From positions 108,252,001 through 108,316,000 of the forward strand of contig OZ024744.1 of NCBI GenBank assembly GCA_964016885.1: a DNA stretch of 64,000 nucleotides. Reading direction: 5' to 3'. Shown here one piece after another: positions 60,040 to 64,000 of this stretch (its first letter is position 1; every line of letters begins with the position of its first letter). The notes below the pieces were generated by a model that worked only from the letters and a program-made list of their open reading frames with translations, searched no databases and was not told the origin of the DNA. The position numbers and the translations under genes are program-made. The stretch is from Eledone cirrhosa (lineage: Eukaryota).

Positions 60040-60040
<1 letters not shown>
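59560..60040 (+). mobile_element. 3' end of a second PLE family (endonuclease C-terminus + pLTR with hammerhead-like motif)
   Basis: CGLCIDERINI..LNTRNEFFTRCPH stop; hammerhead-like fold at 59964-60013; ends in (TA)n. Confidence 0.65.
59964..60013 (+). ncRNA. Minimal hammerhead with C3->A core variant
   Basis: CGAG-ATGAGGA-TCC GCTAA GGT-GAAA-CAATTG-TT-CTCG. Confidence 0.6.
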
Positions 60041-60065
<25 letters not shown>

Positions 60066-60070
<5 letters not shown>

Positions 60071-60244
60071 TGGGTAATAGGAAAAAGTATGACCGCGACG
60101 GCTTGAGCTCTGCCGTCGGGGACATATATATATATATCTAGCCGTCGGGGTCATACTTTTTCCTATTACCCACTCTACTACAGTAAGTATTGAGTACTTG
60201 GTGCGTTATGGTCCATCTGGTTCCTTACCACAATTCCTTCGTTA
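60066..60244 (+). mobile_element. Fold-back pLTR remnant (54318 family)
   Basis: Inverted arms around a short (TA)n; same tail. Confidence 0.7.
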
Positions 60245-60255
60245 TATATATATAT

Positions 60256-60286
<31 letters not shown>

Positions 60287-60297
60287 CATATATATAT

Positions 60298-60535
60298 AGG
60301 TATTAGAGGTGCATATTAATTGGTCCGTAGGCGGTATGCCAAGATGAGCACTCGATGCTCTTGGGGAGCAGAGTATCAATAGTATTAATATATAAGGGAA
60401 CAAAGAATCAGTGTTACACCATTTACATATTTAATTACATATTACATATGTTTCACTGTCGATCAGCTCGAGGAACGATCTATTAATGTTTGATCCTGAC
60501 TCTGGAATCGGAAGCTCCTCATATATGTGTTCCCA
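60298..60535 (-). mobile_element. pLTR element with long-stem-II hammerhead (60437-60528) and conserved tail
   Basis: ACATAT-ATGAGGA-GCT...AGT-GAAA-CATATG-TA-ATATGT; homologous to 23935-24029. Confidence 0.7.
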
Positions 60536-60570
<35 letters not shown>

Positions 60571-61180
60571 GTCAGGTCACTAGTTGGTGCTACTGGTAAC
60601 ATGTATCCCAGTACAACCTGTCTCATGGTCGGGTCGTTGGCGACTAAACTGGCAACCCCACCAAGGTTTCTTGGTGAGGAGGGTGACTTTGGACATCCTG
60701 CAGGACTAAAAACAAAACCTGTCAAAGGGCAAAGGAGCTCTTAAGAGTCAATGGCCATCCAAAATCACCGGGAGAGATGACCCCTTAGCCTTTGTCAAGG
60801 CAGAATTCTAGGAGAAGGAAAACTCTGATATAACACCTGCAACTCTGATGGTATCCAATGATGTTGACTTGTTCTTCTTTTTGGTAAATATCATCTTGGT
60901 TAAGAGAGTGGGACTGGCTTTGTGCAGTGCCTTTGCTCACTATAAAAGCTTCACGGCACAGGCATTGCTTTATATCTGGAGATCTCTCTGCACTTGTCGT
61001 CACATGGTACCATGGGCCCAGCACTATGTGTCAATAATTGTCACAAGTGTAGTGTTTGTACCGGAGTTTTCAAGTCGCTGGCTGGACTAAAAAGTCACAC
61101 TCGTTCAGCGCATTGGTAGGGGTTCTCCTACATGGATATAAAGTAGTGGCCGTACTCGAAAACGAGTTGGCAGCCACCAT
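60571..61180 (+). mobile_element. Full-length RTE-derived non-autonomous element
   Basis: Same ends as 50242-50852. Confidence 0.88.
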
Positions 61181-61196
61181 ATATATATATATATAT

Positions 61197-61277
<81 letters not shown>

Positions 61278-61554
61278 TGTATGTATAGTATATTTGGCAA
61301 TATACCGTATGTTTAATTAAAAACATTTGGAGGACCTTGCGCTATCATTTTTAAAGTAGTGACTATGTCACTTACTTCTATTTTCGGCAGGTATATTACC
61401 AAATATACTATACATACATTCATGTATACATCGTTATTTCAGAGCACCAAGCCTAATTTTTAATTTTTGCTGGACCGGCAATCGCTCTGTATAATCAGTT
61501 CCTGATTATTACTGGAGCTCTATAAGAATATAGCCTCCATAATTCTCGGGAGAG

Positions 61555-63330
61555 GCTTTTGGTTATCCAAGAATGAGGCACCATGTCGAATGCCTTTTTG
61601 TAATCTATCCATCCCATGGCAAGACCAGTGTCTCCTCTTGCAATTCCTCATTACCATCTTATCATTAAGTAACTGGTCCTTTGTACCGCGGGACTTCTTT
61701 CGGCATCCTTTCTGTTCGTCCGGTAACAAGTTGTTTATGTGGAGGTGATGGTAGATTTCCTCAGACACAATGCTTGGTAACAGTTTCCACGTTACGGACA
61801 GACATGTGATAGGTCTATAGTTGGTAACATCATTACTCTTGATTCGGTCTTTCATTACCAGAACTGTGGTACCTTTTGTCAACCACTCTGGTACCTCACC
61901 CGACACCAAGCAGTCATTGAACATGGTTGTCAGTTTCGGGTGGAGGGATGTTATATTTTTGATCCAATACCCCTGCACACCATCTGGGCTTGGTGATTTC
62001 CAGTTGGTTATCTTTTTGGCCTGCCCCTTAAGAGTTTCAACTGTGATACTCAAATCAATTTGTTGGTGTGCTTGTTCACTAATCTCCCTTTGTACTGTCT
62101 CAATCCACACTGCCTGGTCATTATGTTCAACATCCTGCTCCCATATTCCACTCCAGAATGTCTTAGTCTGTTCCGCCTCAGGGATCAAGTCGTTGCCTCT
62201 TTCTTTCCCCTCAAGCTGTCCAAACAACATCTATTCTTATACTGCCTAATCTTTGCACTCTTTGCTACAATGCGTTGCTTCAGTTCCTCTATGATAATAT
62301 TTAGCTTTTTCTCCTAGTTTTGTACTTTATTTCCAATCTATCTTTAGTGTCTATGTTTTGTAGTGTCCCATTCAGTAGGGACTCAAGCTTTCCAATATCA
62401 TATCTCATTTTTGACCATTCAGTCGTTTCTTCCACCAAGGTTCTGATCTATCTTGTTTGTTGTTTCCTCTCGTTTTTATGCCAAGTAATTTCCTCACCGC
62501 ATTTGCTGTTGCTTTGAGGATATTGTTGCATTGGTGAAGGCTCCTCGCCTCAAGGTATGGGATGACTTTGTTTACCTTAGTTGTTGTTTCTTTTAACTTT
62601 TTCCTGTCTACGAATCTTAGGTTCATAGGTTTCCCACTTAGGATATCAACCAAATCTTGTCCTAGCCCGTCAGCATTCATTTCCTCAATGGCCGTATCTT
62701 TGATCCAGATGTTATTTATCTCAGCATTCAGATCATTGTCTGCTTTGGGTGGTTCCTCCGTTCTCTCGACCTCTTCACCTTCATTTCCCACTGGCTCATT
62801 TGCCTGGCATACTCCACTCTCCATCTCCAAGCTAATATCTCTGCTCAGTTCCTCCAGTTCCAGCTCGCTTATCCACCCATTAGTTCTTATTACCCGAGCC
62901 TGCCCAGCCAATTTTTGTTCATCTAATTTAAATAGATCAATCTCGTTCCAGATGTTATGCATCCGTATCCTATAGCCTTTTTCCTTGGGGTTACTCTTCA
63001 GGTAACATTTCATGACAGTTTTATTCAATTCTTTCGTCCAGTTGGTTCTTGTCCCTTTCCTTCTTCTTCTTCCTCCAACACCAGCAGTATTTGGATGACA
63101 GCCAGGTCCCTGCTGCTGGGTCAGGTGTCACCTGCTGGATGAGAGTCTGTCACATGACGTTCCAGTCTCCTCTTCACCGTTATTCGAACTGTTTAGGTTC
63201 GACATTTAAACACTCATATCGAGGATTGGTGAATATATGGTTACATAAACACCGTTGATTTCATCACCCCCGGTGATTTTAGCGTGGCACCATCACGCTG
63301 TTTGACGAACATAAATAAACAAATAAATAG
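61555..63330 (-). mobile_element. R4/Dong-type LINE family C, 5' half, 3'-truncated
   Basis: N-terminal ORF 62405-63028; KSPSPDGVQGYWIK, YRPITCL, EQKGC..GTKDQL. Confidence 0.85.
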
Positions 63331-63611
63331 ATGAAAACTTAAAAAAATAAACATAAGTTTCATTGTAATGTTTGAATGTCTGACTTAGTTTTTTTTGTTT
63401 GTTTGTTTGTTTTTTCCTTTACGTTTTTCGTTTTTCAAGGCCAGTAACATCGGTTACTAGTGATGTTGTTGCTGCTGCAGCTGCTGTTTTTGATTTTAGC
63501 TACGTGGGAAGTAGGGGTTGTTGCGTTCAAAACTTATTAAATTTGCTGTTGTTGGATTTGTTTTTGTCTGTGTTCTTTTCTATAATCTTTCGACTTGTTG
63601 CTTATTATTAT

Positions 63612-63710
63612 GAGGTTAACTATGCCTTTCATCCTTACAGGGTCGATAAAATAAAGTACCAGCAATGCACTGTGTATTTGCTGGCCTTGTGCCTAAAGTA
63701 GAAACAATTA
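63612..63710 (+). mobile_element. SINE 3' half (19646 family)
   Basis: GCCTTTCATCCTTACAGGGTCGATAAAATAAAGTACCAG..GTGCCTAAAGTAGAAACAATTATT. Confidence 0.75.
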
Positions 63711-64000
63711 TTATATTATAGTTTAGATTTGACATCGTTTAAACTAAACACTTTCAGAGAGTTTAGAGATACAACAACAATTATTATTTTGGTGTTGTTG
63801 TTGTTGTTGTTGTTGTTAGCTGTTTGACCGGGACACTAAATCAGTCTATTTATATCTTTTGATGCCTTCCTCGTTTCTATTCATGTGTAGTGACACTACT
63901 ACCATCCCTCTCTTAACAGGAGGTAGTGAGGGAATAGTGGTGGTAGCGATGAAGCAGTGGTGGCGGTGGTGATGGGATAGTAGTACTATAGTGATGGTGT

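Noticed and set aside
60571-60660. HDV-like ribozyme at the 5' end of the RTE-derived element
   Set aside because: P2/P3-like pairings exist (CCAGT/ACTGG, ACC/GGT) but I could not form P1; unsupported without a descriptor search.

Overview
Animal genomic DNA, not prokaryotic. The repeat make-up suggests an octopus/cephalopod (inference). The window is almost entirely retroelements and microsatellites, with no confidently identifiable host gene. It holds R4/Dong-type RLE LINEs (at least 3 families), Tx1/L1 LINEs (one full-length copy, one with a 5' inversion), RTE LINEs (2 families), an RTE-derived ~610-bp non-autonomous element, tRNA-derived SINEs and a Penelope-like (probably Naiad) RT+GIY-YIG element. 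The most interesting signal is a dozen short Penelope-type pLTR/retrozyme-like elements sitting in (TA)n tracts. Several carry recognisable hammerhead ribozymes, including a group with a very long stem II. Many are fold-back palindromes whose inverted arm stops just before a covarying bulged 3' hairpin shared by otherwise dissimilar families. Retroelement families also partition by microsatellite: (ATT)n, (TACA)n, (TA)n. All alignments and RNA folds were done by eye; boundaries are approximate.
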